From positions 618-64,617 of the IMG/VR virus record IMGVR_UViG_3300044971_003552: a DNA stretch of 64,000 nt; one strand, given 5' to 3'. Below are positions 17,475 through 28,549 of the stretch, piece by piece. Position 1 is the first letter of the stretch. Every line of letters begins with the position of its first letter. The position numbers and the translations under genes are program-made. Below the pieces are notes generated by a model, which was given only the letters and a program-made list of their open reading frames with translations, was not told where the DNA came from and did no database searches. Origin of the DNA: a virus (lineage: Duplodnaviria; Caudoviricetes).

Positions 17475-18485
17475 ATGTCAGCTAATACTAAAACTTTTAC
17501 ACCTACACCAGAACTAACTGATCTTTTGGTTCGCTCTGGCTCACCTAATAGGGAAGTAGCCCTAGCTGCTAACTCTGAGTTTGCTAAAGCTCTAGAGTTA
17601 CCACTAAGGCAGGCTCTATTAAGTGGCGACATTCTAGATGGTATTTTTGAGCCAATTCAATTAGCTCAAAGTGCTACTCCAGAGTTTCCACTAGATTTCC
17701 TTGCTCCTGGCACCGAAAAAGACTTCGTTGCTTATACTATCCCTAATCACGGACAGATTCCAGAGCGTCATGTTGAAGGCGATTACGTCATGGTTCCCAC
17801 CTACGACATCGGTGCTTCAATCGACTATCTCCTAAAGTATGCTCGTGATGCTCGTTGGGACGTAGTTGGTCGTGCTATGGAAGTTCTTGAGTCTTCATTC
17901 GTAAAGAAGATGAATGACGACGGTTGGCACACACTAATGGCTGCTGGCGTAGATCGTAACATTGTTGTATACGACGCTGACGCTTCTAGCGGACTGTTTA
18001 CAAAGAGACTAGTAAGTCTTATGAAAACAGTTATGCGTAGAAACGGCGGTGGTAACTCCGCTAGTAATAACCGTGGTTTGCTAACCGATCTTTATGTTTC
18101 TCCAGAAAGCATGGAAGATATTCGTAACTGGGGTATCGATCAGGTTGATGAGACAACACGTAGAGAAATCTACACTGCTGCTGATGGTACACTAAACCGT
18201 GTATTCGGCATCAATCTCCACGACCTTGACGAACTCGGTGAAGGCCAAGAGTATCAGCTATTCTATAGCGATATCCTAAGCGGCTCACTACCAAGTGGCA
18301 AGAACGAGGTTGTTGTTGGGCTCGATCTCCGCAAGAGAGACAGCTTCATAATGCCAGTTCGTGAACAGGTTCAGATCTTCGAGGATGATACACTTCATCG
18401 TCAGAAGAGAGCCGGTTTCTACGGCTGGGCTGAGCAAGGCTTCGCTGTACTAGATAATCGTCGAGTATTGCTCGGCGCCCTATAA
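17475..18485 (+). CDS. major capsid protein (HK97-fold expected)
   Basis: About 336 aa, AAGGGAG RBS, high-expression codon bias, position in head module, followed by terminator. Confidence 0.8.
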   Translation: MSANTKTFTPTPELTDLLVRSGSPNREVALAANSEFAKALELPLRQALLSGDILDGIFEPIQLAQSATPEFPLDFLAPGTEKDFVAYTIPNHGQIPERHVEGDYVMVPTYDIGASIDYLLKYARDARWDVVGRAMEVLESSFVKKMNDDGWHTLMAAGVDRNIVVYDADASSGLFTKRLVSLMKTVMRRNGGGNSASNNRGLLTDLYVSPESMEDIRNWGIDQVDETTRREIYTAADGTLNRVFGINLHDLDELGEGQEYQLFYSDILSGSLPSGKNEVVVGLDLRKRDSFIMPVREQVQIFEDDTLHRQKRAGFYGWAEQGFAVLDNRRVLLGAL

Positions 18486-18512
18486 TCTGCAGCCAAAAGT
18501 ATCTTTTGAAAT

Positions 18513-18540
18513 AAGGGCTGAGAATTTCTCGGCCCTTTTT
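18513..18540 (+). terminator. rho-independent terminator after MCP
   Basis: AAGGGCTGAGAA-T-TTCTCGGCCCTT followed by T-run. Confidence 0.85.
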
Positions 18541-18613
18541 CTTATACTTAACTAGATTTTATGCCTTGACTAAACAAGGTATTGCTATACAATAAGTAAA
18601 CAAAGGAGCTTTT

Positions 18614-20317
18614 ATGATAAATGAAGAAAAAACTTTTGCAAAATACGGATACAAATCTAGTGATCTATCTGTAGGATCATCTAAAAAGATTATTGTTATT
18701 TGTGATTATTGTCAGGAATGTCTTGAAAAGCCATATAAAATGAGGCTAAATCAAAATAAAGAACTAAGCAAAGACTGCTGTCTAAAGTGCAAATTTAAAA
18801 AACGAGAAGAACTTAGTTTGTTAAAATACGGAGTTAAAAACTCATCTCAAAGAAAAGACGTTAAAGATAAATTATGCAACTATAACATAGAAGACCATAA
18901 AGACGAGATACTTACTTTATTAGATACAAATTTTAGTATATCGAATATTAGTGAAAAAATTGGTATACCCATTACCTCATTAAATAGATACCTTAAATCT
19001 ATCGGCGTTGATACCAAAGGAGATTTACAAGAAAAAAAGAACAAAACTCTGGAGGAAAAATATGGAAAAGACCATCAGCAAAAAATACTAGCTAAGCGTA
19101 TAGAAACCAACAATCAAAAGTTTGGATGCTCCAATCCTTTTGCTAATGAAGACATTAAAATTAAAATTACCGAAACTATGAAAGTAAAATATGGAACAGA
19201 GCACCATATGCAAAATCCAGAAAAAATTCAGCAAGTTAAGGAAACTAATTTAGATAAATACGGAGTAACTAATGTTAGTCAGGTTCCAGAGTTTAAAGAT
19301 AAAATAAAAAATACCAACCGTAGCAAATACGGCTACGAACATGCTACACAAAATCCTGACATAAAAAATAAGATAGTTAATACTATGGTTCTTAATGGTA
19401 ATGCTAGATTGTTTGAAGGTAATAATGCGTATTTTTGGGCAGAAAAAACAGGCTATTGTCTAAGTAGATTTAATCAGCTGATTAGAGAATATGGTTTTGA
19501 AAATGCTAAAAATATGTATCGCACAGACAGTTATACTAGCTTAGAGATAAGATTTAAAAGTTTTCTTGATGAACACCAAATAACCTACACTAATCATCAA
19601 AGATTAACTTTAAACCAAAAAGATAAATATTATATTCCAGATTTTACTATTGGTAATTTATTAATAGAAGTAGATGGATTATACTGGCATAGCGATCAGT
19701 GCAGAATAGATAATTATCATATCGATAAAAAAAATTCGTATGAACAAGCAGGATATGATAGTCTTTTTTTTAGAGAAGATGAGATACGCGATAAATTTGA
19801 TATTGTAAAGTCTATTGTTTTGAATAAATTAGGTAAATCTAAAAGAGTATATGCTAGAACTTGTGAGTTAGGTACTATCGAAGATAAGGCATCTGACATC
19901 TTTTTTGAAGCCAATCATTTAATGGGTAAGGGTCGTGGAACAACTTATATTTTAAAAGATAATGACCATATTATTGCAGCGATGAGAATTAAAAGACTAA
20001 AAAATAATGATTATGAAATCAGTAGATTTTGTAATAAAACTGAACATAACGTCGTTGGAGGATTTAGCAGACTATTAAATTATGCTCTTAAGGATAAGAA
20101 ACCTTCCACATTGATAACTTTTATTGACAAGAGATATGGCCGAGGAGAGTATCTTGAAAATCTTGATTTTAAATATGCTCATATTTATCCAAGCTTTAGA
20201 TGGACCGATGGGTTCGTTACTTTTCATCGTCTCAAATTTCCCGGCAATACCGGTTACGACAACAATCTTTTTAAGATATGGGACTGTGGACAGGCTAAAT
20301 GGATATTAACTCCGTAG
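18614..20317 (+). CDS. free-standing putative homing endonuclease (Zn-finger, KYG repeats, Vsr/DUF559-like PD-(D/E)XK domain)
   Basis: CDYC...CCLKC; repeated KYG motifs; YIPDF...IEVDGLYWH; own promoter TTGACT-N16-TACAAT at 18566-18593. Confidence 0.7.
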   Translation: MINEEKTFAKYGYKSSDLSVGSSKKIIVICDYCQECLEKPYKMRLNQNKELSKDCCLKCKFKKREELSLLKYGVKNSSQRKDVKDKLCNYNIEDHKDEILTLLDTNFSISNISEKIGIPITSLNRYLKSIGVDTKGDLQEKKNKTLEEKYGKDHQQKILAKRIETNNQKFGCSNPFANEDIKIKITETMKVKYGTEHHMQNPEKIQQVKETNLDKYGVTNVSQVPEFKDKIKNTNRSKYGYEHATQNPDIKNKIVNTMVLNGNARLFEGNNAYFWAEKTGYCLSRFNQLIREYGFENAKNMYRTDSYTSLEIRFKSFLDEHQITYTNHQRLTLNQKDKYYIPDFTIGNLLIEVDGLYWHSDQCRIDNYHIDKKNSYEQAGYDSLFFREDEIRDKFDIVKSIVLNKLGKSKRVYARTCELGTIEDKASDIFFEANHLMGKGRGTTYILKDNDHIIAAMRIKRLKNNDYEISRFCNKTEHNVVGGFSRLLNYALKDKKPSTLITFIDKRYGRGEYLENLDFKYAHIYPSFRWTDGFVTFHRLKFPGNTGYDNNLFKIWDCGQAKWILTP

Positions 20318-20364
20318 AGGTGTAATAATAAATATTAATATCCATATTTTAAGAGGGCTCATGC

Positions 20365-20763
20365 ATGGCAGCCAGCAAGTACGATTTTTCTATCGAGCAA
20401 GGCACCTCGTTTAAGTTGTCATTAATATATAAAGATTCTGAGAGAAACCCAATTAATCTAACCAATTGGTGTGCCAGACTAGTATGGAAAACCAATACCA
20501 ATACTACTCAAGTATTTAGTTCTGAAAATACAGATCACAGTGTATATAAATTCGATGTTGATGATATTGCTGGCAAATTAACATTAATGTTTCCAGCTCA
20601 CACCACCAATAACTTTAATTTTACCACTGCTAAGTATGACTTAGAACTAAAGTCTCCAGATGATTTATATAATGGAGGAGGTAAATATACTACAAGAATA
20701 CTTTTTGGAACAGTCAATATTGTTAAACGATTTAGTCAGAATAATAGCAATTTGGAGTGCTAA
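20365..20763 (+). CDS. virion structural/adaptor protein (paralog of 32188-32631)
   Basis: YDFSIEQGTSF...INLTNWCAR...YDLEL...LYNGGG shared with 32188 gene. Confidence 0.65.
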   Translation: MAASKYDFSIEQGTSFKLSLIYKDSERNPINLTNWCARLVWKTNTNTTQVFSSENTDHSVYKFDVDDIAGKLTLMFPAHTTNNFNFTTAKYDLELKSPDDLYNGGGKYTTRILFGTVNIVKRFSQNNSNLEC

Positions 20764-21015
20764 ATGAGCGATTTTATTATTGAAATTACTGATCCTACCA
20801 CGAACTTATTGGAAATTGAAACCACATATGTTGATGTTGTTAATAATATAGAAATTGAGAGATCTGATTCTTTTAATATAGAAATAGTGAATACTGAAAA
20901 GGTTCTTGTTGGAGATTTACCAGATAATATTCCTTTAACAAAAATCAAAAAAGCCGGAATAGATGGTTTAGACTATTACTTAGATCATTATGAATTTGAT
21001 TGCGGAACACCATAA
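20764..21015 (+). CDS. small acidic virion-associated protein
   Basis: ORF track; C-terminal DCGTP. Confidence 0.6.
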   Translation: MSDFIIEITDPTTNLLEIETTYVDVVNNIEIERSDSFNIEIVNTEKVLVGDLPDNIPLTKIKKAGIDGLDYYLDHYEFDCGTP

Positions 21016-21031
21016 CTTATAAGAGGGTATC

Positions 21032-22699
21032 ATGCCAGCACAAACAAAAATTCAGTTTCGTAGAGGCTCTAGTTCAGAGTGGGCAGCCGGTCTTGACCCA
21101 TTATCCCAAGGTGAGGTTGGTTATGATTTGACGCTAAAAAAGATAAAGATCGGTGATGGTTCTACCCTATGGGATAGTTTACCTTGGGCTACAATCATAG
21201 GAACTGATCTTGTAGGAACAAGCGGAGTCAATATTTCTTATGCTTCAAGTAGTGGAATAGCAACAGTATCCGTAACAGGACTAAATTCTTCTTATATTAG
21301 CGATTTTGCTGGCGCTGTCAGCGGACTTCTACCTGTTAAAAATATCGTAGCTGGTACAAATATTGCTGTTAGTGGTAATGATGGTACTTTTACTATTTCT
21401 ACTAATGGTTTAGATACTAATACTGTTAAAGATGTTATTGGTTCTAGCATCAGTGGAGTTAGTGGAGTTGCAGTTTCTTACGACAATTCATCTAAGATTA
21501 CTACTATAAGCTTAAGCGATCCTACAATACAAGTATCAGATATTATAGACTTTTCAGAAGGTGTTGACGACAGAGTAGCTAGTTTACTTACTGCTGGTAC
21601 AGGTATTGGCTTAAATTATAATGATAATGCTAATAGTCTTCAGGTTTCAGTAACTGGCATTCCAACTTCTTTAATTACTAATTTTGCTAGTGGCGTTAAT
21701 ACTCTTATAGAAAATGCTGTTAGTGCTAGTATAGTTGGTGGCAGCGGTATTGATATTGTTTACAATAGTGGAACAAATACTCTTAGTATTAGTAGTGCTT
21801 TAACAGCAGGTAGTGGCATATCATTAACTCACAATAGCGGTAATTATACCGTTAGTTTGAGTGATCCTACTGTTCAGCTTGCTGATGTTACAGATTTATC
21901 CGCCGACGCTAGAACTTTCTTACTAACCCCTAGTAGTAGTAATTTAAACTCATTAGTTACTGATGAAACAGGAAGCGGTGCTCTGGTATTTGCTAATAAT
22001 CCTACATTAAGTGGGATTACAGTTAACGGAACTTTAACAGCTGCTGGTGATTTGACTGTTGGTGGCAATCTAACCGTTCAGGGCACTACCACAACGGTTA
22101 ACAGTACTACTGTTGAGATTGGTGACAATATTATTAGAGTTAACACAAGCGGACTAAGTACGGGTGGTCTAGAAGTTGTTGATGGTGCTAGTACTCGTTC
22201 TCTTGTTTGGAACTCAGTTAATAATAGATGGGAATTTACTGGTGGTAATGTTTATACTAGTGGTGATTTTATTGCTAATAATTTGCAAGTATCTTCATCC
22301 GGACTTGTTTCAAATTTAAATTCTGATTTACTTGATGGTGAACATGGTTCTTATTATAGAAATTTCAATAACTTATCTGGTGTTCCTAGTCCAGTTATTA
22401 GCGGATCTCTTACTGGAGACGTTACTGGTTCAGCTAGCGTGACCTTAAATAGTTTAGGCAATGGCTTACTTAGTATAAGTACCGATATAGCTCCTAATAC
22501 CATAGTCGATGCCGATATAAGTTCTAGCGCGGCAATTTCTGTTACCAAATTAGCCAGCAGTGGTATTTCATTAGGATCAACCACAATTAATTTAGGTGGT
22601 TCGTCCAATATTATAGCTGGATTAAGCGCTATTAGTGGAACAGGCGCAAATAGTCCAACAACACTGTATTACTGCGTCATAGACGGAGGTACTCCATAA
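21032..22699 (+). CDS. fibre protein with Mtd-N/hyaluronidase-like N-terminal domain
   Basis: IQFRRGSSSEW..LSQGEVGYD..KIKIGDG; Ser/Gly-rich beta repeats; NSDLLDG motif. Confidence 0.75.
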   Translation: MPAQTKIQFRRGSSSEWAAGLDPLSQGEVGYDLTLKKIKIGDGSTLWDSLPWATIIGTDLVGTSGVNISYASSSGIATVSVTGLNSSYISDFAGAVSGLLPVKNIVAGTNIAVSGNDGTFTISTNGLDTNTVKDVIGSSISGVSGVAVSYDNSSKITTISLSDPTIQVSDIIDFSEGVDDRVASLLTAGTGIGLNYNDNANSLQVSVTGIPTSLITNFASGVNTLIENAVSASIVGGSGIDIVYNSGTNTLSISSALTAGSGISLTHNSGNYTVSLSDPTVQLADVTDLSADARTFLLTPSSSNLNSLVTDETGSGALVFANNPTLSGITVNGTLTAAGDLTVGGNLTVQGTTTTVNSTTVEIGDNIIRVNTSGLSTGGLEVVDGASTRSLVWNSVNNRWEFTGGNVYTSGDFIANNLQVSSSGLVSNLNSDLLDGEHGSYYRNFNNLSGVPSPVISGSLTGDVTGSASVTLNSLGNGLLSISTDIAPNTIVDADISSSAAISVTKLASSGISLGSTTINLGGSSNIIAGLSAISGTGANSPTTLYYCVIDGGTP

Positions 22700-22700
22700 T

Positions 22701-25490
22701 ATGAGAAACGGCAAAATATTTCTAGTCAATGGTGTTCCACGCACTCGACCTCCTGGACCAGCACCTACTCCATTAACTACTTTACCGTCTATGACAGTTG
22801 GAGGATGGGGTGATCCTCATATGTATATTAGTGTTAGTTCAATGGACTCAAAAAATAGAACAACAACTAAAAATATAGCAACTTGGGGAGATAATAAGCA
22901 AGGTTCGACTGGCAATAATGAATTAAGATTATTGGATTTAGAAACATCTACTCATACTATTAAAGTTTTTTATACTAATAAAACATGGGGCAATGGTGCT
23001 AAAGTTATTGATAACGTTCGAGTAGAACTTAATGGTGTTTCAACAACGTACACAAATACCGCTAAAGTTACTGCTGGACCAGTTAGCTTAAATATACTTA
23101 AAAAGGGCTCTGGAGCTAATACATTTTTAGCTTTTGAAATGAGTTGGAACACTATCAATAATGTTGTTAAACTAAGAGGAGCATTAACAGTTATTCTTAA
23201 AAGAGTAGCAGCTAATAATGGAGTGCCGTGGAACGGAGGAGATGGTAGATTTTGGGATGGTTTTGGAAGAGCCTCATCTGTTTACGGCTTAAGTAGAAGT
23301 GATTTTGAAACTGGAATAGGTATTCAAAACATTGAAGATGAATTAGAACTATCATCAAATGAAGCAGGATTTTTATCAACTATTGGAGAAAATTTTATTC
23401 GGAATACCAGTATTTTTGATGATATAAATGATCTAGGAGAAAATGGTGAAGGAGATGGCGCTCCAGTACATGTGTGGGATGATACCACAGCAGAAGTATT
23501 GCAGGTTTTAGGGGATCCTGTTGGATTAGAGGGTGTTGTGGATCAAATAGTTGCATCGGGTACAACAACAACCACCACAACAACCACCACAACAACAACG
23601 ACAACAACAACTAGTACTACAACAACAACCACAACTCCGGCTCCTCCACCTTCGGGCGATCCCTATTTTTACAATGTTGAATTGTTACTACATTTTGATC
23701 ATTATCTTGATGTTCAACAAGGCTCTGGAATGATCATTAATAGCGCCAATAGTGATATTGTGTCGTGGTCTCCGGCTGCTTTCACAACTATTTCTATGGA
23801 TCCCGCTGATCTTAGTCCCATTAGCTCTAGTGGAGGAGTTCTCAAAGGAGGAACAGCCAACGATAATAGTCCAAGTATCTTGGCTTTAGGTTATAATCTT
23901 AATACGTCAGGAGATTACACATTAGAGTGGCATTGGAAGAATCCAGCAAATAGCTGGTTTTTGACGGACGGATACGGATTCAAACAAGATAAATATCATT
24001 TATTTGTCGGCAATTTGGATAGCGGAGGTAAGCACTTATCTTCTTTATATCTTCATCCAGATTTTGGTTATTATAATTTATGGTCAGTTGATATTACCTC
24101 ACACACAGGGGTTTGGTCTCATATGGCCATAAGCGTAAATGATGGAGAGACTAGGGTATTTATCAATGGTCAGCAACAAGTACTAGGTCTTAATTCTCCA
24201 GGAATAGGTGGCTATGGTATTAATTATGCTGACGGTTCTGCTTTTGCTGTAACTGGTAATGTTTACAGTGGAGTTATGCCGCTAGTATTTAGTAATTATC
24301 TTCTAGCTGGAGAGTTTAATACTAGAAAAAGTATGGCTTTCCAACATATTAGTAGTATAGATGAAATCAGGTACACTATTGGCGTTGGTAGATACCTCTC
24401 AAACTTTACGCCGCCAACAGGTAAATATCCAGATAGTGGTCCAATTATTGGCCCAGACGCTCCTAAAAATCTTAATGTTTTAACAGGAAACAATCAACTA
24501 GGTCTTAGTTGGACAGCTCCTCTCAGAAATGGAGGATCAAATATTACAGACTATGTATTACAATACTCCTCTAATAGTGGAACTACCTGGACAACATTTA
24601 ATGATGGGATAAGCACATCAACATCTGGAACAATTACTGGATTAACAAATGGCTCCACTTATATTGCAAGAGTGGCAGCTATTAATAGTCAAGCTACTGG
24701 TAAGTATGTAACATCAAGTGGTTTTATTCCTAATCCTCCAATAGTTATTACTTCTCAACCATTAAATGATTACGCAACTACGAGTTCAGAAAACATAACA
24801 TTTAGCACCACAGCAACCGGAGGAGGAGGTAGTCTAGCATATCAGTGGCAATATTATGGACAAGATTATGCTAATAGTGACTATACCAATGCTTGGAGAG
24901 ATTTGTCTGGAGCAACTTCTGCTTCTTTCGCTACCAGTGTTGATAATTTAGTTAATACATACGGATTATACGATTTTGATTCTAATGGCATCTTACAATT
25001 AAGATGCTCAATATCTGCTCCTGGAGGAACTCCAGCAACTACTAATGTTGTTAGATTTCTAAAAATATATTCACTACATTATCCATCAGCATACTGGTAT
25101 GGTAGTAATGGAAGTTCTTCTAACGGAGGTTCTCCGCAAACCATATCTTTACAAAGTGGTGAAAATTTAGTACTAGACCTTTATAATTTTAATAATTTTG
25201 TTGATACTTCATGGTATAGCGGAAATGATACTACAGTAAAGATTCAGGTAGCTACTACCGGCCCAACAGATAGCGCGGACTGGACAGACCTATCCTCACA
25301 AGATTCTAGGGGCGGTTTTCAGATTAATGCATATAATATAACTCCATCTACTGGTACTAAATATTATAGAGCTATTGCTCTTAATAAATGGCCTTATACA
25401 GCAAACAATGGATCAGGTTTCGCTAGTAAAAATTCTCAATATAGATACTATCACGCTGTTTCAGAAGTTATGCAGGTTACATGGCCATAA
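22701..25490 (+). CDS. virion adhesin-like protein (poly-Thr linker, LamG/concanavalin-like, FN3, Ig-like domains)
   Basis: DPYFYNVELLLH, WSHMAI, IDEIRYT..GRY (LamG); LSWTAP..GGSNITDY..GLTNG (FN3); ITSQP..YQWQ (Ig). Confidence 0.75.
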   Translation: MRNGKIFLVNGVPRTRPPGPAPTPLTTLPSMTVGGWGDPHMYISVSSMDSKNRTTTKNIATWGDNKQGSTGNNELRLLDLETSTHTIKVFYTNKTWGNGAKVIDNVRVELNGVSTTYTNTAKVTAGPVSLNILKKGSGANTFLAFEMSWNTINNVVKLRGALTVILKRVAANNGVPWNGGDGRFWDGFGRASSVYGLSRSDFETGIGIQNIEDELELSSNEAGFLSTIGENFIRNTSIFDDINDLGENGEGDGAPVHVWDDTTAEVLQVLGDPVGLEGVVDQIVASGTTTTTTTTTTTTTTTTTSTTTTTTTPAPPPSGDPYFYNVELLLHFDHYLDVQQGSGMIINSANSDIVSWSPAAFTTISMDPADLSPISSSGGVLKGGTANDNSPSILALGYNLNTSGDYTLEWHWKNPANSWFLTDGYGFKQDKYHLFVGNLDSGGKHLSSLYLHPDFGYYNLWSVDITSHTGVWSHMAISVNDGETRVFINGQQQVLGLNSPGIGGYGINYADGSAFAVTGNVYSGVMPLVFSNYLLAGEFNTRKSMAFQHISSIDEIRYTIGVGRYLSNFTPPTGKYPDSGPIIGPDAPKNLNVLTGNNQLGLSWTAPLRNGGSNITDYVLQYSSNSGTTWTTFNDGISTSTSGTITGLTNGSTYIARVAAINSQATGKYVTSSGFIPNPPIVITSQPLNDYATTSSENITFSTTATGGGGSLAYQWQYYGQDYANSDYTNAWRDLSGATSASFATSVDNLVNTYGLYDFDSNGILQLRCSISAPGGTPATTNVVRFLKIYSLHYPSAYWYGSNGSSSNGGSPQTISLQSGENLVLDLYNFNNFVDTSWYSGNDTTVKIQVATTGPTDSADWTDLSSQDSRGGFQINAYNITPSTGTKYYRAIALNKWPYTANNGSGFASKNSQYRYYHAVSEVMQVTWP
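23562..23636 (+). repeat. (ACN)n trinucleotide tract encoding poly-Thr
   Basis: Run of 25 codons, all Thr except one Ser. Confidence 0.9.
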
Positions 25491-25504
25491 AAAAGGATTA
25501 AATT

Positions 25505-25765
25505 ATGATATTAAATTATTCGGTTACTTTAAATACACACAATGAATCATCCATTGTATCCAGTTTAGAACCTGTAATTATAGATGATATATCGAAAAAA
25601 CTTGTTTTAGTTAGGCTCCTCCCATATTTGTCTCCTCTTGTATTATGGAGAGGTGATGATTATGATAATGCTGGAGATTACACACAAGCTCAGGTTGAAG
25701 AGAAAATTTTAGAGCTAATAGGAAGCAATCCACAAGAGAAGTTACAATCATTAGTTTTATACTAA
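25505..25765 (+). CDS. small hypothetical protein (fibre-associated)
   Basis: ORF track, AAGGA RBS. Confidence 0.65.
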   Translation: MILNYSVTLNTHNESSIVSSLEPVIIDDISKKLVLVRLLPYLSPLVLWRGDDYDNAGDYTQAQVEEKILELIGSNPQEKLQSLVLY

Positions 25766-25773
25766 TCTAGTTC

Positions 25774-26625
25774 ATGAGCGAAAAAATACTGACTATTGGT
25801 ATGAGTACATACGATGATTTTGATGGTGTGTATTTTACTATACAGTCATTAAGAATGTATCATAAGCTTGATAATATTGAAATTATTGTACTAGATAATC
25901 ATCCAGATGGATCCCACTCAGAGTCATTAAAGGGTTTTTTGAATTCATGGTGTTCTGGAGTAGCTAAATATATTCCAATTAAAGATAAGCCATGTTCATT
26001 TAATAAATATAAGATTGTGGATTATGCTAATGGGCAGTATATCTTGATCTTAGATTGTCATGTTTTATTAGTAGAAAATTCTTTAAAAAAATTATTAGAA
26101 TATTACTCAACTCGCCCAGATTGCAAGGATTTAATTCAGGGGCCTTTACTATATGATGATTTAATTAGCTACGCTACAGAGTTCAAGGATGAATGGAGAG
26201 GAGATATGTATGGTACATGGTATACCAACAAAGAATCCTATGATAAAGGAGAGCCTTTTGAAATCAAAATGCAAGGAATGGGATTATGTTCCTTTGAGAA
26301 AAAAAACTGGCCCGGTATTTGTCCATCTTTTAAAGGATTTGGGGGAGAAGAAGGATATATAGCCGAAAAATTTAGAAGAAACGGAGGTAAAAATATTTGT
26401 ATTCCTCAATTAAAGTGGGTTCATCGATTTGGCCGACCCAACGGAGTTAAATATCCACTAATCTTAGAAGATAGAATATGGAATTATTTTGTGGGATGGT
26501 TAGAAATTACTAGGGATCCAGACCATCAAATGATAGTTGATACTTATAATCATTTTAAAGGAAGAATTCCTCAAGATAGTTTGGATAATATCCTAGAAAG
26601 AGCTAAGAATAAGATTCTATCTTAA
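25774..26625 (+). CDS. glycosyltransferase, GT-A fold (GT2-like)
   Basis: LTIGMSTY, EIIVLDN, LILDCH (DxD-like), FGGEE, WVH. Confidence 0.8.
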   Translation: MSEKILTIGMSTYDDFDGVYFTIQSLRMYHKLDNIEIIVLDNHPDGSHSESLKGFLNSWCSGVAKYIPIKDKPCSFNKYKIVDYANGQYILILDCHVLLVENSLKKLLEYYSTRPDCKDLIQGPLLYDDLISYATEFKDEWRGDMYGTWYTNKESYDKGEPFEIKMQGMGLCSFEKKNWPGICPSFKGFGGEEGYIAEKFRRNGGKNICIPQLKWVHRFGRPNGVKYPLILEDRIWNYFVGWLEITRDPDHQMIVDTYNHFKGRIPQDSLDNILERAKNKILS

Positions 26626-26731
26626 CTATAAAATTAGCCATATTATAACTATTCATTTATCTTGCGGCCGGGTGTATTAATTATTATTATAGCTAATAAT
26701 CGATAACATAGTAATAGGATTATATTTTAAG

Positions 26732-28549
26732 ATGGCCGTAAATGATTTGATCACATTTCGCAAAGGGACAGCTTCAGCATGGACTTCGGCCAATCCCGTT
26801 TTAGCTAGCGGTGAACCAGGATATGATTTAACGAATGGTGTTCTTAAGATAGGTGATGGTGTTTCTAATTGGGTGGCTCTTAGTGGAATAGGATCGACTA
26901 GTGTTGGTGGGTCATCGTCCTCCTATGTTGGAGTTAGAGGAATAATAAGCACAACAGGAACATTGACCAGTTTTGCAGTATCGGGAGGCTATCCAGTCGG
27001 ATATCTGGACCTGTTCCAAGATGGAGTTAAGTTAGTATCAACTTTAGATTTTTCTGCAACAGACGGATCTAATGTTACTCTCAATAACAGTGTCCCATCA
27101 GGAACAGTTTTAGAATACTTGACAATGGCTTCTGGAGTTTCTTCTGGCGGCGGAGCTTTATCTGGTAGTGTGACGATACCGCAGCTTGGCGACTATGCAT
27201 TTTCTTCCGTGTCACTACTACTTCATATGAACGGAAGCGGCAATACATTTACAGATTCTAGTGCTACACCCAAGGCAATCATGGCGTTTGGTAACGTCAC
27301 GCAAAGCACGGAGCAGAGTAAATTCGGTGGCAAGGCGGCTTATTTTGATGGTACTGGCGACTACATTCAACTATCGACTCAGAACCAGTCTTCACTCCAG
27401 TTCAGCACACAACAGCACACAGTCGAATTTTGGTTCAAAACAGCTATCATGCAGCAATACACATGTCTCTTTTATCGAGGCCAACAGAGCGAGGCCGCGT
27501 ACGACTACGTTCTGAACATAAACAACGCTTCTGCGAGCGCTGGCGACTTGGCCTTGTATTCGCTTGGCTTCGGCGGCGCGATGACTACAACGTCTGGTGG
27601 CTGGAACGATAATGTTTGGCATCATGTTGCAATTGTTCGCGATGCTGGAAACGTGTTTCGTATGTATGTTGACGGCGTTCAGCAGGCGACTCGCACATAC
27701 GACATGACTCAGTCTTACAGCAATAGCAGTGACTCCATTATCCGCATTGGCAAGGATGGAGCGTTGTCTGGGCGAGACTACTCGGGATATATCGATGAGT
27801 TACGAATCAGCACGGTATGTCGATATCCAAGTGGTACGTCGTTCGTGCCATCCGCCATTGCGTTCTCAGATGCAGCCGAAGCCACGTTCCCCGTCACCAT
27901 CACTGGCTCGGGAGGTGGAAGTTCTAGTTATGACTCTCGCTGGGACTTGTTTCTGCCACCAGCACCGACCGGACTGACGGCAGCCGTTGGCAACGCTCAA
28001 GCCACTCTCTCGTGGACTGCGCCGACCGTGTTGGCTCAGACGCCGATCACGGACTATGTCGTGCAGCATTCATCGAACAGCGGCTCGACATGGACGACGT
28101 TTAGCGACGGCACCTCGACCTCGACTTCAGCGACGGTCACTGGCCTGACCAACGGCACGGCGTATGTTTTCCGTGTGGCGGCAACGAATGACATCGGAAC
28201 AGGAAGCTATTCGGCGGCATCGAGTGCCGTGACGCCGAATTCGGCGAGCGTTCCTGATGCTCCGACTTCACTGCGAAATGCTGACAACTACTGGGGATGT
28301 TCGTCTAACGACACTATGTGGAACGCACCAGTGTCTAACGGCGGCTCGGCAATTACGGGATATGTTTGGCGAATCGGTAGCGGAGCGACGACCAGTGTGG
28401 CTCCGTCCAGCGGAACCCGGCCCGCAGGGTCTTATACGGGCGGTTTTATCGACAATCACGCGCCCACCGGCTCGTTCCAAGTTGCTGCCGTCAATGCCGT
28501 TGGGACGGGGCCGTTTGCGTCAATCACTCTTCAACAGGACTGCAACTAA
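26732..28549 (+). CDS. fibre/adhesin protein: Mtd-N-like + LamG + two FN3 domains
   Basis: FRKGTASAW..LASGEPGYD..LKIGDG; SLLLHMNG..WHHVAIVR..IDELRIS; LSWTAP..GLTNGTAY. Confidence 0.8.
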   Translation: MAVNDLITFRKGTASAWTSANPVLASGEPGYDLTNGVLKIGDGVSNWVALSGIGSTSVGGSSSSYVGVRGIISTTGTLTSFAVSGGYPVGYLDLFQDGVKLVSTLDFSATDGSNVTLNNSVPSGTVLEYLTMASGVSSGGGALSGSVTIPQLGDYAFSSVSLLLHMNGSGNTFTDSSATPKAIMAFGNVTQSTEQSKFGGKAAYFDGTGDYIQLSTQNQSSLQFSTQQHTVEFWFKTAIMQQYTCLFYRGQQSEAAYDYVLNINNASASAGDLALYSLGFGGAMTTTSGGWNDNVWHHVAIVRDAGNVFRMYVDGVQQATRTYDMTQSYSNSSDSIIRIGKDGALSGRDYSGYIDELRISTVCRYPSGTSFVPSAIAFSDAAEATFPVTITGSGGGSSSYDSRWDLFLPPAPTGLTAAVGNAQATLSWTAPTVLAQTPITDYVVQHSSNSGSTWTTFSDGTSTSTSATVTGLTNGTAYVFRVAATNDIGTGSYSAASSAVTPNSASVPDAPTSLRNADNYWGCSSNDTMWNAPVSNGGSAITGYVWRIGSGATTSVAPSSGTRPAGSYTGGFIDNHAPTGSFQVAAVNAVGTGPFASITLQQDCN